Shown one piece after another: positions 41,146-50,082 of a DNA stretch of 64,000 nt. The DNA comes from Spirochaetales bacterium (GTDB taxonomy: Bacteria > Spirochaetota > Spirochaetia > SZUA-6 > DRHE01): contig JAUWZD010000003.1 of assembly GCA_030615505.1 (NCBI GenBank), positions 5,736 through 69,735 on the forward strand, read 5' to 3'. Every line of letters begins with the position of its first letter. Positions within the stretch are counted from its first letter, which is position 1. The position numbers and the translations under genes are program-made. A model generated the notes under the pieces. It was given only the letters and a program-made list of their open reading frames with translations. It did not search any database and was not told the origin of the DNA.

Positions 41146-42824
41146 ATTCCTCCCCTAAAAGGAATTGTATCGCCTACCTTTATCGTATGCGCGTCGAAAG
41201 AAATATATAGTTTATCACCATCGCCCCTAAGTGAAATATTTAATATATCGTTAATCCTGGGATCTTGCATTATAGTTTCTTTAAGATTTGCTAAAATATA
41301 AGAAATGGGTGCAAATTTATTGGAAGCACTGCCTATATTTGCGATTATTCCGTAGACTGTAAGTCTTAATCTTGGACCCAGACTTTGATTTAATCGCAAG
41401 TTAAGTGCTTGCACAATATTTTCAGGTCCGCCGATTGTAAGATAATCTCCCGATTCTCCGATAACAGGATTACCCTGTCCATTCAGTAATATATCTTCAC
41501 CATATATATCAATAAGATTTTCAGAATAAATAAAGTTATTAGAAGGAACATTCCCCTGAATCAAAACGGGTATTTTTAGCGTAGAGCCAATTTCTAAATC
41601 AGTCACATCTTCTAACTGATTGTAAACAGCGATCAGTTCTTGAAAAGACGCATCACCATAATATCCTAAAGCAAGCCTTTCCAAAGAAGTGGAAGCATCA
41701 ATTTTTATTAAAATATGACCGTAAATATATACCACATTCTGATCAGCTATGGCTCTGTCCATAAGATTTTCTGGAATTTCTGCCTCCGTCTCTGTTAAAT
41801 CAGCTAATCTTTTTGCAGGGGATTCAGCAAATGAAGGTTGACTGTAATATTTGATGACACCACGACCTGCCGCATTCGGTGTTTTCCCAAATGTTACTAT
41901 GGCGGCTGCGGCGGCCATTGACTCGGTTGCCATCGAAATCATTTTATAATAATCCTCAACAATCATACCCTTAGTTTCCGCCCAAGTTTCTCCCAAACTG
42001 CCAATAGCATCGACAATATCTTTTACTCTGGAAAACAATAAGGTAGCCAGCGAAGTCGGATATGTAATTATATCTATAGCCTGCTGAAAAAATGAATTGA
42101 TTTGTTCGGATAATTGATCAATAAGATTTATAGCATTTTCTATTTGGTCTTTAACGTTTTTTACAGTTGTAAATTTAGCTTGGATTGTTCTGATTAATCT
42201 CCTTAGATCCTGAATCAGATTTCTGGGATTTGACGTGGCTACTGGAGGTCGAGAAATTCCTGTTGCCGTTCCCAAAGTTCTTAGTACTATTAATTCAATT
42301 GAATAATTATAGAAAAGAGGTTTTTCTTTATTCCTGGACATTTTAAATTTTTCCAGTGATACAACATATGCCTCGGCTTCATGTTTAGGCATAGATTCTT
42401 TTGCTGTAAATAAATCTTCTGGAACTGTGCTTAGATCATAGATAATTAGATCAAAATCTGCATAATTTGGAAGAAACTTTTTTCGATTTTTATATCTCAT
42501 CATCTGATTTCTGAAATAAAAGAATGCTCCTCGTCCATCTAACTTTTCCGGCACAGAAGCCACAAGAGAGGGTGGAACATAAGTTCTTCTTATATCTACT
42601 CCGCCTGTATTCCCAGCTATGGTAATTTTGGGATTATCAGGTCCATGATCATCAATAAATAATCCACCGAAAGTTTTTGTCCTAGATACTCTCTGATCTT
42701 CCTCTATTTCTGTACTTTCCGGGGGTATTGTCAGGGTAAATGCTTCTACGGGAGTAGACGGATCTTTCCTGTTTACAATTTCAAAGAGGATTGATTTTTT
42801 ATAAACGTCCTGGACTATTGGCAT
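41142..42824 (-). CDS. baseplate protein: N-terminal domain + LysM + C-terminal GPW/gp25-like wedge domain
   Basis: LysM-like YYGDASFQELIAVYNQ...GSTLKIPV. C-terminal IVQALNLRL...ETIMQDPRINDILNISL...LYISFDAHT resembles gp25. Confidence 0.5.
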   Translation of the reverse strand: MPIVQDVYKKSILFEIVNRKDPSTPVEAFTLTIPPESTEIEEDQRVSRTKTFGGLFIDDHGPDNPKITIAGNTGGVDIRRTYVPPSLVASVPEKLDGRGAFFYFRNQMMRYKNRKKFLPNYADFDLIIYDLSTVPEDLFTAKESMPKHEAEAYVVSLEKFKMSRNKEKPLFYNYSIELIVLRTLGTATGISRPPVATSNPRNLIQDLRRLIRTIQAKFTTVKNVKDQIENAINLIDQLSEQINSFFQQAIDIITYPTSLATLLFSRVKDIVDAIGSLGETWAETKGMIVEDYYKMISMATESMAAAAAIVTFGKTPNAAGRGVIKYYSQPSFAESPAKRLADLTETEAEIPENLMDRAIADQNVVYIYGHILIKIDASTSLERLALGYYGDASFQELIAVYNQLEDVTDLEIGSTLKIPVLIQGNVPSNNFIYSENLIDIYGEDILLNGQGNPVIGESGDYLTIGGPENIVQALNLRLNQSLGPRLRLTVYGIIANIGSASNKFAPISYILANLKETIMQDPRINDILNISLRGDGDKLYISFDAHTIKVGDTIPFRGGI

Positions 42825-42855
42825 ATTTTCCTCTATATATTTAATTGTTTCGTTT

Positions 42856-43578
42856 TTAACTTACCATTTTTTGTGGTATTTCCGAAATTACTTTGGGTTC
42901 TTGTAACTCTTCACAACACCCATATCCCCCTATATAGGGTAAATCATAACTTTCAATTCGCTCAACGAAATCATCAACCAAATCTTGGGGTTTTAGATTA
43001 AGTTGAAGCTCATTATTTAATCCTGTCTTACCATGCTCAGGACCTTTAACTAATTCCATGAGTTCCTCGTCCAAATCCAACCTAATTTCTAAAAGCTCAT
43101 ATGTAAAACCTTCTTTCTGAATTGAATAAATCATTCCAAATTTTTCACCCTTCTGAGTTACAATATCATTGTCTTCGATTTCAAAAGTAATTCCAAAACG
43201 GGTACTTAGCATATCTATCGCTGTAAGTCTAGTAGTTATAATCGGCTGAAAGTGTTGGTATCGCACCATGAAAGAACCCGGTGCAAGCACAGTAGGAACA
43301 TTTGAAACTTTCTGTGTAGGCGTACTCCAAATATATGGATAAGATGGATTTTCTGGCGGTTCTATTCGGGGTGGAAAAACGACAATATTTTCCCCCAGAG
43401 AACAACAATACAAGTATTCCCAAGTATTTATATTTAACTTCCCATAAATTGGCTTCTTTATAAGAGCTGTTAGTCCCATATCTTGCCAGCTTGTTGGGTT
43501 CTTTAATGCATTCATAGGATCAAATAGCATTTTAACAGCTCGTTTTCCTGTTATATCCCATTCTGTAACTATTTTCAT
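42856..43578 (-). CDS. hypothetical tail/baseplate protein
   Basis: 240-aa ORF within the baseplate block. Confidence 0.4.
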   Translation of the reverse strand: MKIVTEWDITGKRAVKMLFDPMNALKNPTSWQDMGLTALIKKPIYGKLNINTWEYLYCCSLGENIVVFPPRIEPPENPSYPYIWSTPTQKVSNVPTVLAPGSFMVRYQHFQPIITTRLTAIDMLSTRFGITFEIEDNDIVTQKGEKFGMIYSIQKEGFTYELLEIRLDLDEELMELVKGPEHGKTGLNNELQLNLKPQDLVDDFVERIESYDLPYIGGYGCCEELQEPKVISEIPQKMVS

Positions 43579-43581
43579 ATC

Positions 43582-44682
43582 TTAATCCTTCTTACAAAAT
43601 AATAATGCTCGGTGTAATGGAATGTTATTAGCTGACGCATGATTTCCAGATGGCCAGTTATGGGTGTGATTATACGGTGTGTAACCCGAAACACCAGATG
43701 TATTAGTACATCCTCCCGTATTGGTAGCACCAGAGGACATTCCATTGTGGTTATGAATATGAGTATTTGCACCCCCACTACCTCCTGAACTCGATTTACC
43801 CTGTATAAAATCATTATCTCGTGCCGAATACTGGGTCCACCCTTCTGGTACCTCATTGCCCTTAAAGAAACAGCATACCCCCGAAGGAATGTCTTTAATG
43901 TCCTTATCAGCCCTAATAGAAATTAAACCATACCATATAGGATAATTGTTTCCGCCCGCATGATTATGATTTATTGTATGACGGTGATTTGCTATAGCCG
44001 CATTATAGGTTCCTGAAACGGATGGAAGAGAGCCTGGGTTGGTATAGCCAGAATAGCCAGTATAAGAATGTAAATGACTGGCTGCTCCCCCGTTAATTCC
44101 TCCATTACTTGAACATTTCAAAAACCTATTATATAATTCTGTATATGCCGAAAAATCTGAAGGTACGCTTCCCTCAACAAATACTACACCACCTATAGGA
44201 ATTACCAATCCACCACAAGCTGGAATCATTTTTCGGTACAATGGCTGATGATCAACAGGAGTTGTATGTCCATGATTAGCAGTGTGATTATGTATGTTCA
44301 TTGAACTACACGGTGCATCTTTAGGAATTTGGCTACTAATTTGTTGATTTGAATTATTTGCCAGATTGAAGGATGAACTATTATGAGTATGAGTATGTGA
44401 TCCAGCTTCACTTCCTTCAGCAGAACCACCACGTAAATAAACTTGATTAGTTGTCAAATCTGGGGAAGCATCTACTCCATTAAGAACTTTCCAAGGTGAA
44501 GCAGGCGTATTTTCAAAGAACGCTATTAGGTTTTCAGGAATACCAACCGCGCTATAAAATTCTTTCCAAACCCCGGAAACCTTTACATGACCACTTTCAA
44601 TCTTTTTCCATGTTCCAGATATTTTGATCCAAATATCTGTTATTTCTTTCCATATATCTGTGATTTTATTATATAATGGCAT
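43582..44682 (-). CDS. tail-collar-repeat fibre protein (His-rich)
   Basis: Four His clusters (SHTHTHN, HNHTANHGH, NHRHTINHNH, NTHIHNHN/YNHTHNW). N-terminal 7-aa Trp repeats ITDIWKE/ITDIWIK/ISGTWKK/VSGVWKE. Confidence 0.55.
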   Translation of the reverse strand: MPLYNKITDIWKEITDIWIKISGTWKKIESGHVKVSGVWKEFYSAVGIPENLIAFFENTPASPWKVLNGVDASPDLTTNQVYLRGGSAEGSEAGSHTHTHNSSSFNLANNSNQQISSQIPKDAPCSSMNIHNHTANHGHTTPVDHQPLYRKMIPACGGLVIPIGGVVFVEGSVPSDFSAYTELYNRFLKCSSNGGINGGAASHLHSYTGYSGYTNPGSLPSVSGTYNAAIANHRHTINHNHAGGNNYPIWYGLISIRADKDIKDIPSGVCCFFKGNEVPEGWTQYSARDNDFIQGKSSSGGSGGANTHIHNHNGMSSGATNTGGCTNTSGVSGYTPYNHTHNWPSGNHASANNIPLHRALLFCKKD

Positions 44683-44885
44683 TATGCTTCTCTCTTAAGC
44701 CAAATATCACCGTTTTCTCCATCTTCTGCCGTCGGATCTGAAATAGATACCCAATGTTTACCCGAAAAGAAAACTTCTATCTCATTTCCCATAGCCCTCA
44801 TTGTTTTAATTCTATCTCGCTTATCAGCCTCAGAAAGAGCATCTATAGCAGTTTTTATATTATCACCTAACCTATTCGTTCCCAT
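44682..44885 (-). CDS. hypothetical small protein
   Basis: 67-aa ORF whose stop (TAA) overlaps the downstream gene's ATG by one base (ATAATG). Confidence 0.4.
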   Translation of the reverse strand: MGTNRLGDNIKTAIDALSEADKRDRIKTMRAMGNEIEVFFSGKHWVSISDPTAEDGENGDIWLKREA

Positions 44886-45536
44886 TTATGGTACCTTTAC
44901 AGTTTGTAGAGTATCTAAACAATGATTTGCCCCCGAAAAGAGACAAAGCGGTAAATCATTTGCCCCTTGTGTTCCATTATTTAACGTTATTGATTGACCC
45001 GCTGCTGGCTTCACATTTACAGCACCTGTAGCTGTGATTTCAATTTCTGCACCATTTATTTCCAACAAACGAGTCCCGGTATCCTTGTTATATGTCTCCT
45101 TTACTCCAGCTTCGGTTATTCTTAATTTCTCTCTCTCTTTTCCCGAGACTGCTAATTCTTCTTTAGCCTTCTCCCCTACTTCCCAGACAGTATCAATCAC
45201 TGAACATAGTACAAATGCTGTGTCGAGATTATCAGGTCCATCTGGAAGCATGATAAACACCTTTGAATCAAGAGGGGGAAGATCTCTTTCTCCGAAAGCT
45301 CTACTGCTATTGTATCCAGACCATTCTAAACTTCTTACTTTGATATGCCGTAATTCGATCCCATTTCTCATCTTAACATCTACAGTTACATCCGCTGAAT
45401 TCTGTTTAGTCACTATTCCCCAGATTCCCCCAATATAAGAGGCTAAACTTGATTTATTGAATTCTCTTTTGTACTTAACAGAGGAATTCTGAATAACATT
45501 AGTAGGCTTACGGATTTTAGTAATGTTAACCTTCAA
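44886..45536 (-). CDS. baseplate central spike/gpV-like protein
   Basis: OB-like N-terminal half (ADVTVDVKMRNGIELRHIKV) and position after the hub gene. Inference. Confidence 0.4.
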   Translation of the reverse strand: MKVNITKIRKPTNVIQNSSVKYKREFNKSSLASYIGGIWGIVTKQNSADVTVDVKMRNGIELRHIKVRSLEWSGYNSSRAFGERDLPPLDSKVFIMLPDGPDNLDTAFVLCSVIDTVWEVGEKAKEELAVSGKEREKLRITEAGVKETYNKDTGTRLLEINGAEIEITATGAVNVKPAAGQSITLNNGTQGANDLPLCLFSGANHCLDTLQTVKVP

Positions 45537-46944
45537 GAACTACCTCCTGGGATATCGCTTCTAATTTCCTCGATACTTGATCCAAGGGGCCTTCCATGTT
45601 GCCTGAAGCATCATATTTATAACCGCGGGTAATCGTTAATTTTGTTACCATTGGTCCGCCGTATTCCCAGGAATGATCGGAAGATTCTAAGTAGAATTCT
45701 CCTTCTAAGAATTTTATTTTCTCACCTATCCGCGGGTTGCGTTTCATGAAATTCTTATTATCCGATGTCATAATCGCTAGGCTGCCAGAATAGAATTCAT
45801 CGTTATGCTCAAACCAGCGCTTAAGCATTTCAGAGACTTCCCGCATTATTACACTTGCCCCAACCCCTGTTTTGCTCCTGTCGTAATATTTGAATTCAAC
45901 AATCATAGGTTGATATCCGTAGATTTTCCATTTTTCCCTATCAACTATATAATTTTTTCCCGTATCATTAGCTGAAATTATTGCTAGATTCTGACTGATT
46001 CCCGATCCAGGTAACATTCCCAGATAAAACGTAAACACTTCCGCATCGGATGTGCCGATATCATGATCCGTAATTATGATCGATGGTATCTCTATAAAAT
46101 CTAATTTAGACCATTTTTTGGGTTCAAAAGGAGATAATCTGTATACTATTTCATATTTCTTCGATTCTGGATTCCAGCGCCCAAACAACTCGTTTACTGG
46201 TGGGAAAATAAAATTTGACAATAAATGCCACAAACTGTTTTCTCCCACTCGATATAGAGAGAAGGCTACAGGATAGATGGTTTTCAAATCGTCTGAGATT
46301 TCAGAATCAAAATCAAGAAAATGATCCAGAATAGGCTTGATTCCTATATTCACGCCTTCCAAGCCTATTTTCATTATCAAATCAATAAAATGCTGGTAAA
46401 TTACTTTTATCAAAGCACCAACATCTCTGTCTTTCTCAATTTCTGCCGCTAGAGTTGTACTCAAACTGGCAGCTGCTCCACTGGCTATAGTTGAAGCCGC
46501 ATACATGGCTTGATTTAACACCAGTTTGAAAGAAGATAGATATTCCCCTAATCCACCACCGGAAATTCTGATTTTTCTGTTCGGTTTTCCGTCACTACCC
46601 ATACGAGCTGCATATCTGTTAGATTTCACATAACCAGCAAATCTTAATTCTCCAAATTCATAGATGAAAACTAGATCCCGTTTCCGTATCTTTTCAAGCC
46701 AACTTTTTCCGTTTCTATCAAGGCTGGGTACTAATTCTAGGCTAAATTCGGAATTGACAGTCGCTAAAGACTCTGAAAATTGATAAGAAATCAGATCGTT
46801 AGAGATAATTTCAGTCTCAGAATAACCGGAAATAGACGAGGACACAAAACGAATCACTGGAGGAACGGTTTGATAGCTAGAAGCAGAGTAATTAGGTCGT
46901 ACAATTTCAACAATAAAATCTGGTTTTCTGATAACAACCTTCAT
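45526..46944 (-). CDS. baseplate hub/distal tail protein
   Basis: First gene after the tape measure, which is the position of gpD/XkdQ-type hub proteins. Inference. Confidence 0.4.
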   Translation of the reverse strand: MKVVIRKPDFIVEIVRPNYSASSYQTVPPVIRFVSSSISGYSETEIISNDLISYQFSESLATVNSEFSLELVPSLDRNGKSWLEKIRKRDLVFIYEFGELRFAGYVKSNRYAARMGSDGKPNRKIRISGGGLGEYLSSFKLVLNQAMYAASTIASGAAASLSTTLAAEIEKDRDVGALIKVIYQHFIDLIMKIGLEGVNIGIKPILDHFLDFDSEISDDLKTIYPVAFSLYRVGENSLWHLLSNFIFPPVNELFGRWNPESKKYEIVYRLSPFEPKKWSKLDFIEIPSIIITDHDIGTSDAEVFTFYLGMLPGSGISQNLAIISANDTGKNYIVDREKWKIYGYQPMIVEFKYYDRSKTGVGASVIMREVSEMLKRWFEHNDEFYSGSLAIMTSDNKNFMKRNPRIGEKIKFLEGEFYLESSDHSWEYGGPMVTKLTITRGYKYDASGNMEGPLDQVSRKLEAISQEVVLEG

Positions 46945-46954
46945 TATTAATCCT

Positions 46955-48937
46955 TTACCAACTCATCACGTCCAGTCCCGCTCCAGAACTCGGAGTAGGT
47001 GATTCCTCAGTCACACCAATTTCAAGCTTACCGGCTTTATCTACCGTCTTGTCCATGCTTTCAACAATTGTGCGTAAAGCAACTAAAAATTTATTTAATT
47101 CTTCGGCAACTACCCGGGTACCCCCTTCTGAATATGGAGACATAACTCCCGGTCTTCCTTCGGTACCCAGCAATGCTCCAACAAACTTTTCTGGGAAACC
47201 CTTCCAGGAACCCGTCATTACATCTGGAATATTCATCATCTCTTCTAGAATGCCCAAGGCCGCTTCTTGTCCCAGTCCACCTCCTGCGGCTCCTGCGATT
47301 GTTCTTTTCAGCTCATCTGCTGCATGAGCTATATGAGCGGGTAGAGGCGATCCGGGTCTGCCCCTAACTCCTGTTGTTATTAATTCTGCAAGCGGTTGCA
47401 AACCCACCTCACGTTCCAGTCTAATACGTTTAGCCTGTTCTTTAGCCTGCCCCTCTTCGCCTATTCCCAATAAATTATTCAGAGTTTCAACAATACTCCC
47501 AGCACCTTCTACAATTCCAGCCTTAATCGGTATCAATTCCTTTGCTGAATCTCTGATCTCGCCCATGATAGCATTTTGAGCCGTCAAAAGTCGTACTTCT
47601 GGAGTTTCTGCCATAGCAGTCCAACCAGAAGGCAATGCTGCAATCATCGCTTCCCCGCCTTTTTCTCTTGCTCTCCAAATCGCTCTAGCTTTGATAGTAT
47701 TAATATTGAAAGCTTCTTTAATCATTTGAACCGCATCAAATTCTTTTCCACCGGTTAGTTCTCTAATCAATCCGACAGTTTCCTCCATCATTGTTTTTGA
47801 GGGCCCTTTTTCCATTCTTTCCATGATATCCAGTACACCGACTGGTTTTCCTTCCGTTCTAAGTGCCCTCATGGCACCTCGGTATAACAAAACATCACCT
47901 TCTCTTTGAAGTGCGGTAGCTCCAGCAAATGCTGATGACATCTGCTGATATAAACCCACACCATATTGACCCTTAAAAGCATCTCCCAGCTCGGCCATCC
48001 AGGTCTGCATCAATTCAATATCTTCAAATCCTTTCACAATCCCTTTAGAAAGCCCCTCTTCAAATATTTTCAATGTCGCTTGTAGATATTCTTCATACTG
48101 TGCTCTTCCCATGCCAGCCTGTTGCAAACCACCGGCAGCCAAACCTAAAAGATTTCCTTGCTGACCGAACCTTAAACCCATTCCCATATATCTGGACAAT
48201 AATCCTGGATCTGCCCCAAAACCCCGGGCATATTCCATTACCCTGCCCGCAGCCGGTCCTAATCCTTCTCCAGTCACTCCTGATACCCACGCAAGAGTTC
48301 CAAAAATATCTATTCCTTTTTCGAGACTCATTCCAAATTCAGCAGCCTTGTCTCCGACTTCGTCCATTGTCCTGCCGAAATTTCTGCTTGTTTCCTCTGA
48401 AGTTTCTCCCAACCTTCCCAAAGAAGCCGTTAATCCCATAATGGGTTCCATGACTTTTTCATATTGTTTCGCCAAAGCGTTGCCGGCAAAGGCTATTCCC
48501 CCCGCAACAGCGGCGATACCGGCTATTACTTTTCCTACTGCAGGAATACCCTCAAATGTTTTCCCAAGAGTACCCAGAACATCGGGGGCGGCACCAACTA
48601 CATCTCCACCCGCCCCTAAAACTTGTACTGTTCTCCCGCCGGTTCTCAAGGCAGCCGTTACGCCACCAGAAATAGCTGGTAAACCGGCTCTTCCTGCTAC
48701 AGCAGGCTGGTAATCTGGTGTCCGAGTTCCAATTTCTGCCTGCCGTGTTCTTTGCTGATCGTATATACGTTCTTCACGTTCAGCGAATCTCTTATATTGT
48801 TCTTCAATATCGCCGAGGTCTAATGCTTTCTGGATTTCTTCCCCTGCTTTGGCAATTGTGCGGAGAGAATCGGTAACTTTAGGCGCTATAGAAGAAACAT
48901 TTTCTGTCGCAGAAATCCGTAACCCAACTTCAGCCAT
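46955..48937 (-). CDS. tail tape measure protein
   Basis: 660 aa, Gly/Ala-rich with hydrophobic stretches, located directly after the frameshifted chaperone pair. Confidence 0.7.
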   Translation of the reverse strand: MAEVGLRISATENVSSIAPKVTDSLRTIAKAGEEIQKALDLGDIEEQYKRFAEREERIYDQQRTRQAEIGTRTPDYQPAVAGRAGLPAISGGVTAALRTGGRTVQVLGAGGDVVGAAPDVLGTLGKTFEGIPAVGKVIAGIAAVAGGIAFAGNALAKQYEKVMEPIMGLTASLGRLGETSEETSRNFGRTMDEVGDKAAEFGMSLEKGIDIFGTLAWVSGVTGEGLGPAAGRVMEYARGFGADPGLLSRYMGMGLRFGQQGNLLGLAAGGLQQAGMGRAQYEEYLQATLKIFEEGLSKGIVKGFEDIELMQTWMAELGDAFKGQYGVGLYQQMSSAFAGATALQREGDVLLYRGAMRALRTEGKPVGVLDIMERMEKGPSKTMMEETVGLIRELTGGKEFDAVQMIKEAFNINTIKARAIWRAREKGGEAMIAALPSGWTAMAETPEVRLLTAQNAIMGEIRDSAKELIPIKAGIVEGAGSIVETLNNLLGIGEEGQAKEQAKRIRLEREVGLQPLAELITTGVRGRPGSPLPAHIAHAADELKRTIAGAAGGGLGQEAALGILEEMMNIPDVMTGSWKGFPEKFVGALLGTEGRPGVMSPYSEGGTRVVAEELNKFLVALRTIVESMDKTVDKAGKLEIGVTEESPTPSSGAGLDVMSW

Positions 48938-49292
48938 TAACTAGATCCTTTCTGATCTGTTCAATCTCTTCCTCTGAATATTTCATTTCCCTCAACTTGT
49001 CTTCTGGCAGGCTTTGTGCCTTGGATTCATCACTTTTGTATTTTCTGTATACGTTTTTCAGTTCATCGGAAGACAAGGACATCAAGTGGTTGAGGAATAA
49101 TATTTCAATCTGATCGTTCGTCAGTTTCTTGTATCTCGTCTCCGTGGGTAATACCTGAAAATAGTCCATCACCCACAGGCGCATTTTTAACTCTGGCCTT
49201 GCCGATTTCAGAATTTCCTCGAAATCCTGATTTGGATATAGATTTCTGTGTTTCCCGGTAAAGCTGAAGGTACCTCCGGTATAACACGCCAA
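48930..49292 (-). CDS. frameshift extension of the tail assembly chaperone (gpGT-like, +1 frame)
   Basis: The frame opens right after a TGA, has no ATG or SD of its own, overlaps ORF 49105..49587 by 188 nt, and ends overlapping the tape-measure ATG. Confidence 0.5.
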   Translation of the reverse strand: MACYTGGTFSFTGKHRNLYPNQDFEEILKSARPELKMRLWVMDYFQVLPTETRYKKLTNDQIEILFLNHLMSLSSDELKNVYRKYKSDESKAQSLPEDKLREMKYSEEEIEQIRKDLVNG

Positions 49293-49587
49293 TCAATTCA
49301 TCATCAGGACAATCCTCGGCAGATTCCAGCTCATGCCACCATTCAGGCCCTTCGATTACAATACGGTCAAGAGTAGCATATGCTCTAAAACTTCTTATCG
49401 CATCTCCTGAAAAAGAATTTTGAGGTAGGCCCTCTAACATTCGTGCTATATCAGCCTCAATCAACCTGATGTCCTTCGGAAGCGGGAAAGCAAGTACAAA
49501 TTTCCCTCGTTTTGTGGAAACTATCTCTGTAATCCGCTCCCCCTTTAAGATTAATTCCAGAATATCTTGAGCTTTTTTTCGACCCAC
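49105..49587 (-). CDS. tail assembly chaperone (gpG-like, zero frame)
   Basis: Sits between the tube and tape measure genes and overlaps a second open frame. Confidence 0.6.
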   Translation of the reverse strand: MGRKKAQDILELILKGERITEIVSTKRGKFVLAFPLPKDIRLIEADIARMLEGLPQNSFSGDAIRSFRAYATLDRIVIEGPEWWHELESAEDCPDDELIGVLYRRYLQLYRETQKSISKSGFRGNSEIGKARVKNAPVGDGLFSGITHGDEIQETDERSD

Positions 49588-49597
49588 TTTATTCTCC

Positions 49598-50068
49598 TTA
49601 TGCCGCTATTGGATTTTTATCCCTTTTAATGGCCATAAATCTTATATTAGCAGTTACATAAGCATTTGGAGAGATTTGTTTACCATTACTTGCTATAACC
49701 ACACCTGAAAAACTATCTTCCACCTTTTGAGTAGCCGTATTCAGAAATACAAGCTGATCAAATCCTCGGCCTTTACCATCGCGCTGCACCTCATCTCGAC
49801 TGGGCAGGATATCATTAATCGTGATCTCCCCGCCATCCGCGTAAAGTGTAATCGTCTTCTCAGGTACGAAAGAACCCATATTCATCGTACAAGTATAACC
49901 CTGAGAATCCAAAGAGATTGGCCCTAAATGATTCAGGACAAGCCCCTGTACGATATTCCAGTCCTCATCATAGGAACAACTATTGGCAAGACCTATACTT
50001 TTAAGTTTACGGTCTATCATGACAAGCACTTGAACCCAAGCGCCGCCGACAATTAATTTTTCTGCCAT
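49598..50068 (-). CDS. tail tube protein
   Basis: 156 aa, immediately downstream of the sheath gene. Confidence 0.6.
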   Translation of the reverse strand: MAEKLIVGGAWVQVLVMIDRKLKSIGLANSCSYDEDWNIVQGLVLNHLGPISLDSQGYTCTMNMGSFVPEKTITLYADGGEITINDILPSRDEVQRDGKGRGFDQLVFLNTATQKVEDSFSGVVIASNGKQISPNAYVTANIRFMAIKRDKNPIAA

Positions 50069-50082
50069 TTTAATTTACCTCC

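Noticed and set aside
43229-43856. Alternative-frame minus-strand ORFs 43229..43423 and 43575..43856
   Set aside because: They are fully nested in or overlap longer ORFs that have domain-like sequence, and their composition is odd.
47049-48713. Several 60-122-aa plus-strand ORFs inside the tape measure gene
   Set aside because: The region is GC- and Gly/Ala-rich, which naturally keeps antisense frames open. There are no starts with SD and no motifs.
49250-49256. GGGAAAC heptamer as a -1 slippery site for the tail chaperone
   Set aside because: In the ORF1 frame it reads C-GGG-AAA-C out of phase (CGG GAA ACA). A -1 shift from ORF1 does not enter the open extension frame.
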